Shown here piece by piece: positions 24,301-35,394 of a stretch of 64,000 bases of DNA; position 1 is the stretch's first letter, and each line of letters starts with the position of its first letter. The DNA comes from Paraspadella gotoi (lineage: Eukaryota; Animalia; Chaetognatha): positions 17,756,628 through 17,820,627 of the forward strand of contig CM119263.1 in assembly GCA_051294375.1 (NCBI GenBank), in the 5' to 3' direction. The notes beneath the pieces are model-generated. The model had not been told where the DNA came from. It ran no database searches and worked only from the letters and a program-made list of their open reading frames with translations. A program made the position numbers and the translations under genes.

Positions 24301-26885
24301 TTTCGTTCCTTTTCTTGGAAAAGGTTGGGAAAGCAATCGATAAGAATTTTATACACGATTTGTCTACCGTCCACAATCAACATGTTTTCCCTCCATTCGC
24401 TGGGGGTGGCGATGCCTCTGTGTCTTCGGCCGTAGCAGCCAACGAGGGTAACTTTGCTTAAATATTTTTTAAAATTATTGTAGTTACTCGTTAGTGACTT
24501 GGTCCCTTTTTTCCATTATTGCCGCCGTCTGTCCAAAGGTTACGATGGAAACGAGAAAACGAAATTATTAAACCAAGTGGTTTGCGAACATTTTTTTCGA
24601 CAAGGGATGCTGGACATCACTGATTCGTTAATAGCGGTAAGACGAGACTGAATTTCAACCGTTTTATGAATTTTTTGTCTCTATATTTTTTTTAAAAAAT
24701 TTTGCAGGAAGCGAAGCTCAACATAAATGAGTCTCAAAAGGCCCCTTTCATTGAGATCAACTGCATCCTGGAAGCGCTTAAGCGGCGTGACTTAGCGCCT
24801 GCACTTGAATGGGCTCGCAAAAACAGGTTGGTAATTGATGGGACACTTGATTTAATTTTTATTTACGTGTGTTCTTTATTCATTAATTCACTCAGCAAAG
24901 AAATTCGCTTGCGATTGTCCCCATAAATATCATCGGCGGCGGCTGCGGCGTTCCAAATTATAGATCGCCTTTTCTAATATTATTTGTATTTATATATTTC
25001 TATATATTTATTTATTTATATTCATATATTTCTTTATTTATTTTATATACAATACCTGGCTAAATTTTACTTTCGCCGACCGCGAAGTATAAAAAAATAT
25101 TACCTAATTACCCTAAACCCTCTTAACCCTAACTAACCCTAAACCACCCTTAACCCTAACCCCTCCGTAACCCCGGTCGGCGAAAGTAAAAGTAACCCCA
25201 ATACCAATATTAAATAAAAGAATTTGTAAGAAATCATTTCTTTCGTTGTGTTTTCGAAATTCTCTCTTTCCCTCTCACACATTTCTTGTAAAGTAAAAAT
25301 TGTTTATGCTTCACAAGTGCTGAAGAAGACTTGAAACTACACGTCGAAACATATCCACTGTTTTTAAAATAAAAATCGTGTTGTCCAAATTGAAACTTTT
25401 CCGAATAAAATATTTAATTTACACTTTTGAAATATATGATAAAAAAGAACACAACATATCTAGCAAATTTATAAAATTAGTTCATAGCTTTCGAACTAAT
25501 TTTTTGTTATTTTTGGTAACTTCCGGTTTGTAAAATTAATTTTTTAACATAATAAGCTCCTAAAAATATTTTTTAATATATTAACTAACTTGCAATGCAA
25601 AAATTGCATTGAAAATTTGTTACACCTATCCTTTCTACCCCCTTTCCTCTATCCCAAAACCCTCTCTCCCGCCAAACTCCTAATCCTATTCCTCAACCCA
25701 TTAACTCCCGTACCCTTGTACGCCATTGATAGGCTGACCAGTTCAATCATCATTGTGACTGTGGCTGTTTTTTTTTCAGCGAAAATGTTTTATTTAAAAT
25801 ATTTTTGACTGCTCTCTGTTAGAGAACGCCTCTCTGCGGCTGGAAGCACCCTCGAGTTCCGCCTCCACCGTCTTCACTTCGTCGAACTCATCAAGCATGG
25901 CCACGCTCGTCAGTCCGAGGCACTGGCCTACGCCAAGAACTTTGCTGCTTTTGCCAGTACCCACTCTAAAGGTTGTATAGATTTCACATTTTCGCTATAA
26001 TATTATTTTGGAATAATATTAGCAAGATTAGCTTGATAGCTTATTTATTAAATGAATGGATAATTTTTATATTGGTTGTACCAATTTCATTAGTTAATAC
26101 CTAACCCATATTATGAGTCATAATTAATAATTGAATGACAAAAACAATTTCAGAACTGCAATCTCTGATGGGCTCATTGCTGTATCTCCGATATGGTATC
26201 GAAAACTCTCCTTACAGCCATTTGCTCGACCCGCTGCACTGGGCGGAAATACAGGAGATCTTTACGAGAGACGCCTGCTCCTTGCTTGGCCTTAGTGTGG
26301 AAAGTCCATTGAGCGTGAGGTGAGAATAAATTTGTTACCATTTGTTTTTTTAGCCTCTTTTTTTTTCTTTCACACATTCATTTAAGCGTTCGGGCCGGGT
26401 GCACTGCACTGCCTGCCTTGCTCAACATCAAACAAGTGATGGCAGCACGACAATGCAGCGATGTGTGGTCAGCTAAAGATGAGCTTCCCATCGAAATTGA
26501 CCTTGGAAAGGTGGGTCTTCTCTTAGGTTTAATGAAGTCACAATTCAAGTCATACTGACTTTTATTCAACTAAGTTGTCATGTATTTTGTAATTTTGTTT
26601 TTGCTTAAATGCAGGATTGTCGTTATCACTCGATCTTCGCTTGCCCCATCCTACGGCAACAGACCACTCGCAACAATCCGCCCGTCCGACTTGTTTGCGG
26701 TCATGTTATATCTAGGGACGCCTTAAACAAACTCTCCAATGGAAACAAGTGAGACAAAATATAAATATACCCTCTAATATATTCTTCACCACATTTTTAA
26801 AATAAATTAAATTCCCAGCCGGCTGAAATGTCCCTACTGTCCGGTTGAGCAGAATCCGGCAGACGCGAGACAAATATACTTTTGA
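21383..26885 (+). CDS. RMND5: RMND5/Gid2 RING subunit of the CTLH/GID E3 ubiquitin ligase
   Basis: Exons approx. 21383-21421, 21498-21594, 23196-23320, 24324-24447, 24539-24636, 24708-24826, 25823-25971, 26154-26319, 26387-26510, 26615-26748, 26819-26885 (TGA). Peptides: [40 protein letters not shown] (LisH), [10 protein letters not shown] (CTLH), [22 protein letters not shown]...[10 protein letters not shown]...LKCPYCP. Confidence 0.97.
21708..23130 (+). mobile_element. HINE/DINE-1-like non-autonomous element with internal tandem repeats, in RMND5 intron 2
   Basis: T-run start. Imperfect subterminal IR ATCTCGCCAGACG (21713-21725) / CGTTTAGCGAGAT (23097-23109); 5' hairpin CGGGCGAAAGCCCG; (GTC)n; repeated GCTGTCCAGCG blocks (~21955, 22080, 22690); 22-bp tandem ATTGGTTATCATTGCATCAATA (~22797-22880). 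Confidence 0.55.
23418..24236. mobile_element. CACGG-terminal MITE (Chapaev/Transib-like ends) with nested LTR-like insertion
   Basis: TIR CACGGATTTCAAATGGGAGTGAAATGAAA at 23418 vs TTTCATTTCACTCCTATTTGAAATCCGTG ending at 24236 (1 mismatch in 29 bp). No clear TSD. Confidence 0.7.
23562..23815 (+). mobile_element. 255-bp solo-LTR-like element, copy 2 (twister motif with mutated core), sense in RMND5 intron 3
   Basis: Aligns with 33791-34045. ATTG flanks both sides, overlapping the terminal A. Confidence 0.85.
25065..25191. mobile_element. Short inverted-repeat element containing TAACCC-like repeats
   Basis: 17-bp perfect IR TTTTACTTTCGCCGACC / GGTCGGCGAAAGTAAAA enclosing degenerate CCCTAA repeats. 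A related copy lies at ~22380-22545. Confidence 0.55.
25316..25359 (+). ncRNA. Minimal type I hammerhead ribozyme (Penelope pseudo-LTR type), probably degenerate
   Basis: AGTG-CTGAAGA-A-GAC(TTGAAACTACAC)GTC-GAAA-CATAT-C-CACT: stem I AGTG/CACT, core boxes CUGAAGA and GAAA, 3-bp stem II, near-palindromic stem III. An AATAAA-rich tail follows. Confidence 0.6.
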
Positions 26886-28259
26886 CCAATAAATCCGCCC
26901 GACATTATCACTTAAGTCACCGCTGCGCCCGCCCTATTTGTCTGCCCAAGTGCCACTACATACCCCGATCCACGCGTTTTCCTCTGCAAAGACCTTTCGC
27001 AGTTATACGGATAATTAAATTGGCATGCGAAGCTTAGTACTATCAAGTTTTGCAATTCTGTACTAGTTTTTTTCATTCACTTTTGACCAACATTCAGGAT
27101 TTTATTTCGATGATCAATTTTCTGAATCTGAAGCCCCCCGTTTCTCTTAGTCTTACCTCTGCTTACATCTTTTTAGTCGCCTTCTTAGATCGAAGGCCCC
27201 CCTACCTTAGACCTTGGGGTACAAAATTTATTGTTGTGGTTGAATTCATTTTGAACGAGTTATGGTTTGCGTATTGATTATATTTATTAACATTATGTAT
27301 TTATCGAATAGTTTCGTCATCAAGGCGTCACTACTATCTTTAGTATAGAATTCAGTTTATTTGACTTCTCCGTGAGAATTTCGAATTTTAACGTTAATGC
27401 GCCTTAAAGGCGATAACTCAGTTGTCAATAATAAGACTCATGTATTTCAATTTTCCTCAAAATTTTTAGAAAGAATTGAAAAAGATACTAAAGTATGAGA
27501 AAGTTGACCAACTAAGTTAATTTGGATTCGGTTTTAAGATTTGCTGTTATCGAACTCGTGTCGTGATGCGATTGCTTAGGTTTATCAATTATGTAGATTG
27601 CGGTAAATCTTTTCGTGGAAGTGGGATAAATCCAACATGGTATGGCATGTGTATGTCTTTTTTAATTCTTATCAAAAATAAATATTAAGCTCAAATATTT
27701 GTTTTAAATCAGTCATTTTTGTTGCGTTATCATCATTGACCGTAATATGGAGTTATTTTTTGCCAGATTTTTGTGTCAATATGCTTTTCTCGACTTATGT
27801 ATGACAAGTTTTTACCGATTGTGCCCCTATCGTTTAATCTCAAGCCACCACCCATTTTTATTTCTTTGTTTTACCACTTGTGTAATATTTATGAATATGA
27901 AGCCATATTCTTTGAACGTGCGGTCTTCTGCCGAGTCCTTCAACAGCTCGCTATTAGCTGATTGCTTTTTTAGTAGATTTGCGCTGACTCTGATTACAAT
28001 ATCGATTATAAATAAAAGTAATGTGGAATTCAAAAACTTTTTTTTTAAGCCTCTATCAGAGACTTAGTTAGAGGGTTAACTTAGGTAATTTGAGTTACCC
28101 TTTGCTCAGTTAATCAGGCAAAATATTACCTAGGTAAAGATAAGATTTTTCTTAATTAAGATAAACAATTTTTGAATCAGAATTTTCTTTTTTTTAAGAT
28201 AAATTAAATTTTTTTGGTTTGATTTCCTATTAACTCTAACTACCTCAAACTTAAAAATA

Positions 28260-28648
28260 ACAATTAAAATAAATTTAAAACAATTATTACTTATTATAAA
28301 ATTTGTATTACTGAACAAAAAAAATGTATATTATTGCGCAAAGTGAGAATCGACGATAGAGGGAAAACAAAATTAAATGGATTAACAAAGCACCGACCCG
28401 TGTAAAAAAGATGGTTACGGACGTCGAATAGTAAATTTACCCATAATTAAAATAAATTTAAAACAATTATTCAAACAAACATATAATACGAAATATGTGA
28501 AAATATATTTTTTTCAACAAACGAAAAATGAAAAAAATTGTATTACTGCGCAAACTGAGTTTCGACGCTAAAGTAAAGGGAAAACAAAATTCACCGACCG
28601 GTGGTAGCTAAAGTTGGTTGCGGACGTCGAATAGTAAAGTTACTCGTT
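28260..28648. repeat. Diverged ~190-bp tandem duplication, likely a transposon remnant
   Basis: AATTAAAATAAATTTAAAACAATTATT...TGCGCAAA...GGGAAAACAAAATT...CACCGACC...CGGACGTCGAATAGTAAA occurs twice. Confidence 0.7.
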
Positions 28649-28999
28649 AGGATATACAAACAAAAAAGTATAAGAAAATCATTAATAGAAGTTTTAACTC
28701 AGTAAGCAATCCTTTTGCATCAATGAAGTTGTTGACCGTACAACATTGAATTACACTAGTGTTCAGTTGTTTACCCACTGAAATTAAGTCGCTTGAGGTC
28801 TTTCAATGTCCTACTGTTTTAATAATTAGGAAATAATTTTTCAACAAGTGACCATTTTGAAACCAATAAACGTCATTTCTTTTTAAAAATAGACCGAAAT
28901 ATAAACGATCAATAACTGAATAAGAAAACAGACTCGGAGATTACTCTCTAGTTCAATACTTATTTCTAATACAGTTTAGTAGAGTTTCGTTAACAAATA

Positions 29000-29858
29000 G
29001 TTTTTTAAACTTGCATTATTTTTTTTTAACTTGAATTATTTTTTAAACTTTCATCATTTTTTCAATTCGCATTATTATTTCAACTAGCATTATTTTTCAA
29101 ACTCGCATCATTTTTTCGGACGGACGGACATCGGTTTTTTTGTTTAATTTATCATAATTCGAGGTTCTGATATGATAGTGATATGATAGTAATAGTTAAA
29201 AAAAATTATTTGTACTTTATTTGTAATTATTTTTACCATAGTAACAGTTCAGTTCAATCCGTTGCAAGCGATTTACATGTATTGGTACAGCCACTGGTTT
29301 GGTATGATGTATGATTTTATGATCAGCTAGGATCACAAATTGAAAGAATTATCGTGATTTTTCATCTGATTACCGCTAAATTATCGTAGGCAGATCCGAC
29401 ATTGTTTGCTCAAACTTGTTTCATGCAAACTCATTTCCACTTGCACAATTCCGTCGAAACTTTATATCCAGCTTTGTCACACACACAAAATATTATCTCA
29501 ATCTATTATGATTATGATTAATTTCGGTTAAAATTGGTTAAAATATTTTAGTAAATGTGACTTATGTTTTTTCCATTTGAACCCCTTTCTACTCGTACGA
29601 TTCCATCGAAACTGTATATCCAGCTCAATCACACACTTTCCTAACCACACAAATTTCATTTCAATACATCCATCCAATCACGAGTAAATGGAGTTTTTTG
29701 TTAAGGGGGGACAGACGGACGGACATCATTTTTTTGGCATAATTTATCTTAATTTGATATTCTGAAATGATTTAAGTGAATGACCGACAAGATTGAGGGG
29801 TGGACCGACGGACCAATAAAGTGGATTATTGAGTCGGGATCTGTTGACTAAAAAAAAA
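29000..29858 (-). mobile_element. HINE/DINE-1-like element(s) with (GGAC)n microsatellite and ~19-bp tandem array
   Basis: About six degenerate TTTTAAACTTGCATTATT units (29000-29116). CGGACGGACATC...AATTTATC blocks at ~29118 and ~29716. A hairpin AGTC...GACT abuts an A-run at ~29850. Confidence 0.45.
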
Positions 29859-32800
29859 GAAAGAAGGAGATAAAATGAGGGGAAGAAAAACTAAAGAGTT
29901 AGATTAGTACTAGTAGAGACAAAATATTTAAAGTGTTAAAAAAAAAATATGGAAAGAAAGAGTGCAGAATAAAAGAAGAAAGAAAAAATATTTTTTTTAA
30001 AAATTAAAAGATTTTATACAAACAAATTTTAAAAAATTAATTTCGCTTTCCTTTTAAGTTAAATTTATGTTTAACTGTTAATAACCGTTAACGGTTAACG
30101 AAACACTACTCGAGAGGGAAAATAAGCCTAACGAAGTGTACTTTAAACGTTAATTGCAAGTTTGATTTTTAAATGTTTGAATTACTTACTTACAACTGAT
30201 TGACGTCAATTTGGAGTTTTACTCTTTTACTACTGACAAGGATATTCAACCAAAATTTTTGAAAACGCTTTTTTCTAATTAAGAATACATTGTAGTATTG
30301 AATTCAGCTTTGATTTCTTTTTTTTTTTACGTGTTTGTTTGGGCTGGTGGCGTAAAAACTACGCCAAAACGTATTATTTCCTAATTACATATGTGGCGTT
30401 AACAATTTTGAAAAAAAATTGTGGCGTGAAATGAAGGTAAAACCGTTTAATATGATATCATGGTGGGGCGTAAAAACTTTCTGATTATTTTCTAGTAAAA
30501 GGGAAACTGTCAGAGAATTATAAAGATAAACGAAGAAAGGGAAGTTGAAAAGAGGAAAATGGCGTTTCTTTCATCATCGGTAATTTCATTATCCTGCCCA
30601 TTGCGCTTATGATATGAATCATGAAACCGAGAAATCATACGATGCTGAGCGAAAGAGCAATAGCAATAGTCTTGGCCAAAAAAAAGCGGAATGGACTACT
30701 GTAAGAGTCCTATTATCCACACGATCGTTAAAAAAGTTTGTTTTGTACATATAACAATATTTCATATACGTAATAACAAATATAAACAAAACGTTTGTCG
30801 ACGAAAACGTATTATTTAGATGAATGATGACGGGGGAACTGGGGAAATGGATAAAAGGCCCGAAATATCAACTCCATATCTCTTTTCCCCCCCCACTCTC
30901 CCTTTTCGTGCAAGCCTCTTCAAGAGACTGAATCTAATCTAATTTGACCGAAGAAACACGGAGGCTCATCAATAAAAGGGAGATGATGATGGTCTTCTAT
31001 CGTGTTTCGTCCACGGTCGTCAGAGGACGTAGGGAGATCTCTAAATACAATTCATTTCAATATTTATGAGACAAATAAACAATTTATCATTCGATTCTTT
31101 ATAATTGTTACATTTTAACAGGAAAAAAATGGGTCATTTTTTCATATTATTTAACTTTAACTGAAACATATCTACTATGGGATAGAAATTAATGTAATTT
31201 TGAGCCCTGACTTTGGTATACGAGAGTCGAAGTTGCTTTCATTGGCCGCGGCGCAGCGTCACCGTCGCCTGCACGCCTCATATCATGAGGGCAAAGTAAT
31301 AACCTGTCTAATCAAATCTGTAACTCATCTTATTCAAAATGGCAACTTCAATCAGTCCAGCACAGACGAATACCCAGGAATTTCTCTAAGGAAAACAAGA
31401 AAAAACAGGGACACGAGAAACTTATTAGTTTTTATTAATTTATCTTCTGATCATAGGCGGAGAGCTCAGCGCTTCAGCCGTTCTATTATCTTACCCTTTG
31501 AGACGGTGTACACTGTACAGACAATATAGGAGAAGGTATTAACAATAGTTTTTTAATCAATAAACAAAGATCTTATTCTTATAGTGTTTAGATATATAAT
31601 TTTAGATGGCTTGTTTTCACTTTGACGCCCATTTTACTCCGTCTTTAATTTAGAAATCTAAACTACCATTGGTTGTAAAAGTGTCTTTTCTGCTAGACTA
31701 GCGTAAAATTTTTACTAAAAATTAAAACTTAAAACTAAGTCGTGATAATTTTATACTTCGTAGAAAATTTCGTAGCGCAGAGTATGATTTATCTGATTTT
31801 TAAATGATTAAAGATAAACATCAAGCTTGGATTTTTGTATCTTTTTTGGTCTCCAATAACAAATTAATCTCAATGTAACGTCTGTGTAATTACTACGTAA
31901 GACAAAACTGAAAAGTTTACGTCATAAAACTCATAGTTGGGTTTAATTTTTAAACAGTTAATTGTGAAATATCCTTTGTTGTCGTTTTTGTAACAAATTA
32001 ATAGCTATTTCTTTGTAATTGAAACAGTTTAAGTAGTAAACAGCATTAGTACGTATTTTAAAAGTTTCAGTAGTATTCTGTATCCTTTAGGTAGTACAAA
32101 CGCCCTATGATCGCGCGTGCGGAAGGCGATTTTCATTGGAGTAGTACTCCAAACTTTTAACCGTTATGTAGTATTAATGCCCTAAGACCGCTCGTGCGGC
32201 GGGCAAAATTATCCCATTATAAAAATGATTGCCCTCAGAAATGGTTGTACCAATTTCATATAAGCTTTAATAAGTTTTAATATTAATAATACTAATAAAT
32301 ATGTATTTATGTGCCTCTACAATACATTAATATACATCTTATCGTATATTATGATTATCTATTAAATATGAATAACTATGATGTACCGCTAAAATATTAT
32401 TTTAGTTATTAATATTTTTTGTAATATGAATCATTAAATAAAACCGACTCGCGGCGCCACTAAAAAATTTATTTACTTATTAGATAAAAGCGGGCACGAG
32501 AAAATAAAAAAAATGTAGAGGGAATATTCTGGATTATTTTAAACTTTGATTAAGTCATAAAAGATACTCTGAATAGTCTGAATATATTTGTGGTTGGAAA
32601 TGGGATGAATAGTAAGTAATAAGAGACTTTAGCATTCCCATCATCTTCCTCTCTCGTCTTTTTTTTTTGTGGCGAAACATCTCCGGCATCGAATTGATTA
32701 GATTAGAATCGATTCAGAGATGATAAAAGCGAAAAAATGTCGATGATAAAATTTTCGATGATCAAATGGATAAGAAAAAGAAGAAAACTGGAGCAGAAAC

Positions 32801-33790
32801 GGAAAACAATCAGTGTCGTGCGGGAGGCACTACGTACAGTGGCGCCGAGAGAGAGAGAGAGAGAGTGAGTGAGTCTGTCAGCGTCGCTAAAGATTTGAAT
32901 CAAGATTTAGAAATAATATAAATCGAAACGATCCGACGCTTAGAACTCATTTGTTTCGGAGAGACGGAAGGAGCGACGACGACGACAATAACAATAACAA
33001 GGACAACAATGACGCCGTCGATAATATCTTGTATCAACATCATCCCCGAAGACCATAAAAGGAAAATTGCGCCGCCTAAATTTGAAATGAGTTATTTGCT
33101 TTTTATTGACGTCGCCGCCGACGATGACAACGAAGACGGAGATGATCACGAAGACGGCGTGACGGCGTTTCGGGTGAGCAATTCGATCAAATGACCAGAA
33201 ATAAAATGCGCCATGATTCGTGAAATACTAAAAAAAATATAAAAATCTTAATACCTGGAAGATTGGTTAATGGTTGGGTATAAGTAAATTCTACTTGTGC
33301 ATTGTTTCAAACTTGTGTAGTCATGTGACCAATGCACAACTACGGTCACATGATAAGAAAGAAATTGTAGCATATCGTGTCCGCTTTACCTAATACTAAT
33401 AATAAACCAAAAGGTACTTCGTGCGCAAATGTTTCATAGTTATGTAGTCGCGTGATCATCTGAAAATGGTTGGACATAAGAAAGTCACTCCGGGCAGTAC
33501 GGCGGAACCGTTGAACTTGCCGAATCTTGTGAAACCTAGAGTACTTGGTTTCTTTATCGAGGAAGTGAAATAATATTTTTTAACAGTTTCCATAGAACAA
33601 AAAGACAGCTTCCGGAACAATAGTTAATAGGTGATTTTCTAAGACGCGAGAGTGACTGTACGCACAATCGGAATCGGAGAACCTGAATCGAGGGGCCGGG
33701 TCATTTCGCGGGATCCGCTTCTCATTTATTGACTTCGCGCTTTAAGGGATCGAACGGATTCGACTCTCAGTCAAATGAAAAACAGAACTG

Positions 33791-34045
33791 TGTGGCGGTA
33801 TATTCACACCGCCTCACGTCCACCATCCGTCAGCCAAATCCATTGGCTCAGAGGGGGAACACACCATCCCAGGCGTAGTGTTCCATCCACAGTCCTAACG
33901 ACTTCCCTCTGCGTTGGCAAAGCGAGACCGTCCTAGGGTAACCGCGCCAGTGACTGGAGGCGTCACTGAGGGTCGGAAGCCCCCAAAGCCAACAGTGAGA
34001 TGCCCCATCCCAATGGGCATCACAGGCAACCCGGCTGTTGCCATA
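33791..34045 (+). mobile_element. 255-bp solo-LTR-like element, copy 3 (best preserved), intergenic
   Basis: TGTGGC...TTGCCATA termini with perfect 4-bp TSD ACTG (33787-33790 / 34046-34049). Hairpins at both ends (GGCGGT/ACCGCC; GGCAAC/GTTGCC). Confidence 0.88.
33913..33993 (+). ncRNA. Twister ribozyme, type P5 permutation (predicted cleavage U33939/A33940)
   Basis: P5 GTTGGC/GCCAAC; AAA; P2 GCGA/CCGC; GA then T1 CCG/CGG; P1 TCCTAGGG; UAA; T2 GC; P3 CAGTGAC/GTCACTG; A; P4 GGG/CCC with loop T-CGG-AAGC. All twister landmarks occur in the correct order. Confidence 0.8.
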
Positions 34046-34515
34046 ACTGACGCGTTAATGACTTATCCTAGAGAAAAGGCGTTTCACAAAATTTTGGCTA
34101 AGGAGAGAGATTCAAAATGAGAGAGAGAGAGGCAGACCCCATTAAACGGGTTCGTCTCTGCGGTGACGAGTCCCAATTTCCTGCCCGAGGGTCCTTTTTG
34201 AATTCGAGTTGCCACGCCTCCATCGGCTCCGAAATTAATACAGCACTCATACGAAGTGAAGCGGCGTTTTAAGATTCGACATAGCGATAGTATTCGTTCC
34301 CAATTAAAAACCCTAAACATATTTTAAGTTTAATATACATAATTATACTAAATTTTATTTTGTTTTTCGCGTTCGGTATTTAGAATCATCCTAAATAACT
34401 CCATTCCAGTCCGTAACCTTAACACACTTTTCGTCATCGTCGTCTCTTCCACTCCCAACATCCGGGTTTGGTTTCCGCCCACTTCCGTTTCTCATCCTCG
34501 ACCCCCGAAATTTCC

Positions 34516-34518
<3 letters not shown>

Positions 34519-34564
<46 letters not shown>

Positions 34565-34670
34565 GTATCTCTCTCTCTCGTTCCAAGTCGTTTGGCCCCC
34601 GTTAATGTTCATGGCATCCTTCCTTTAATTGTCTAAATCGAGGTGAACTTGCGGTTTTTTGTGGGTTCAG

Positions 34671-34710
<40 letters not shown>

Positions 34711-34898
34711 GCGGTTGTACGAAATCCTTGTCTTGGGTTAATCGTTGCTAACGTATTCACGACTTTCACTACATTTTTCCAATCTGCTAATGATAATCGT
34801 TAACGGTTTCGCGAGTTTTTTAAAGTTTCGCAATTTTATTCGAAGCACCGTTGAGCAATCAGCAGTTTCAAACTTTTTTGATACCCGAAAAATTAACA

Positions 34899-34955
<57 letters not shown>

Positions 34956-35353
34956 CGGGCTGACGAAAAATAACCGCCCGCCCTTCTGGGAGCCTGAACA
35001 AAATAAGAAGAAATGGATTTTTTATTCAAAAAGAAGAGAGAAAACTAAGGAATTGAGTAAGCGGACATCGCGAACGAGATCGGTGTGAGACTGAGCCAAC
35101 ATTTTTTTAAGAATTTTGTATAAATTTTTCAAATTTGTCGCTGATTCGTAAATATTTTCTTGTGAACCGCTAACATCTCCCAATTATTTGTGTACTCCCC
35201 GGTGAAACTCAATTGTCGAATACCGACTCTATCCCACTCTTCACTTACTCAGTTACTGACTTTTCTTGCCTGCCCGAGTCGACTGCAACATTACTTCTGT
35301 CTGTCTCTATTTGTTTTTACATTCTTTCCCCTCATTCGGACATTCAATTTTTT

Positions 35354-35394
<41 letters not shown>

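Noticed and set aside
1-26885. Operon of four co-oriented genes (ACLY next to ACSL)
   Set aside because: Stop-to-start distances are 1.5-3.8 kb and contain repeats, and there is no direct evidence of trans-splicing.
33914-34120. Repeated [18 protein letters not shown] (also 868-1122)
   Set aside because: It starts at TTG inside the 255-bp repeat and its C-termini differ between copies. The conservation is explained by the RNA element.
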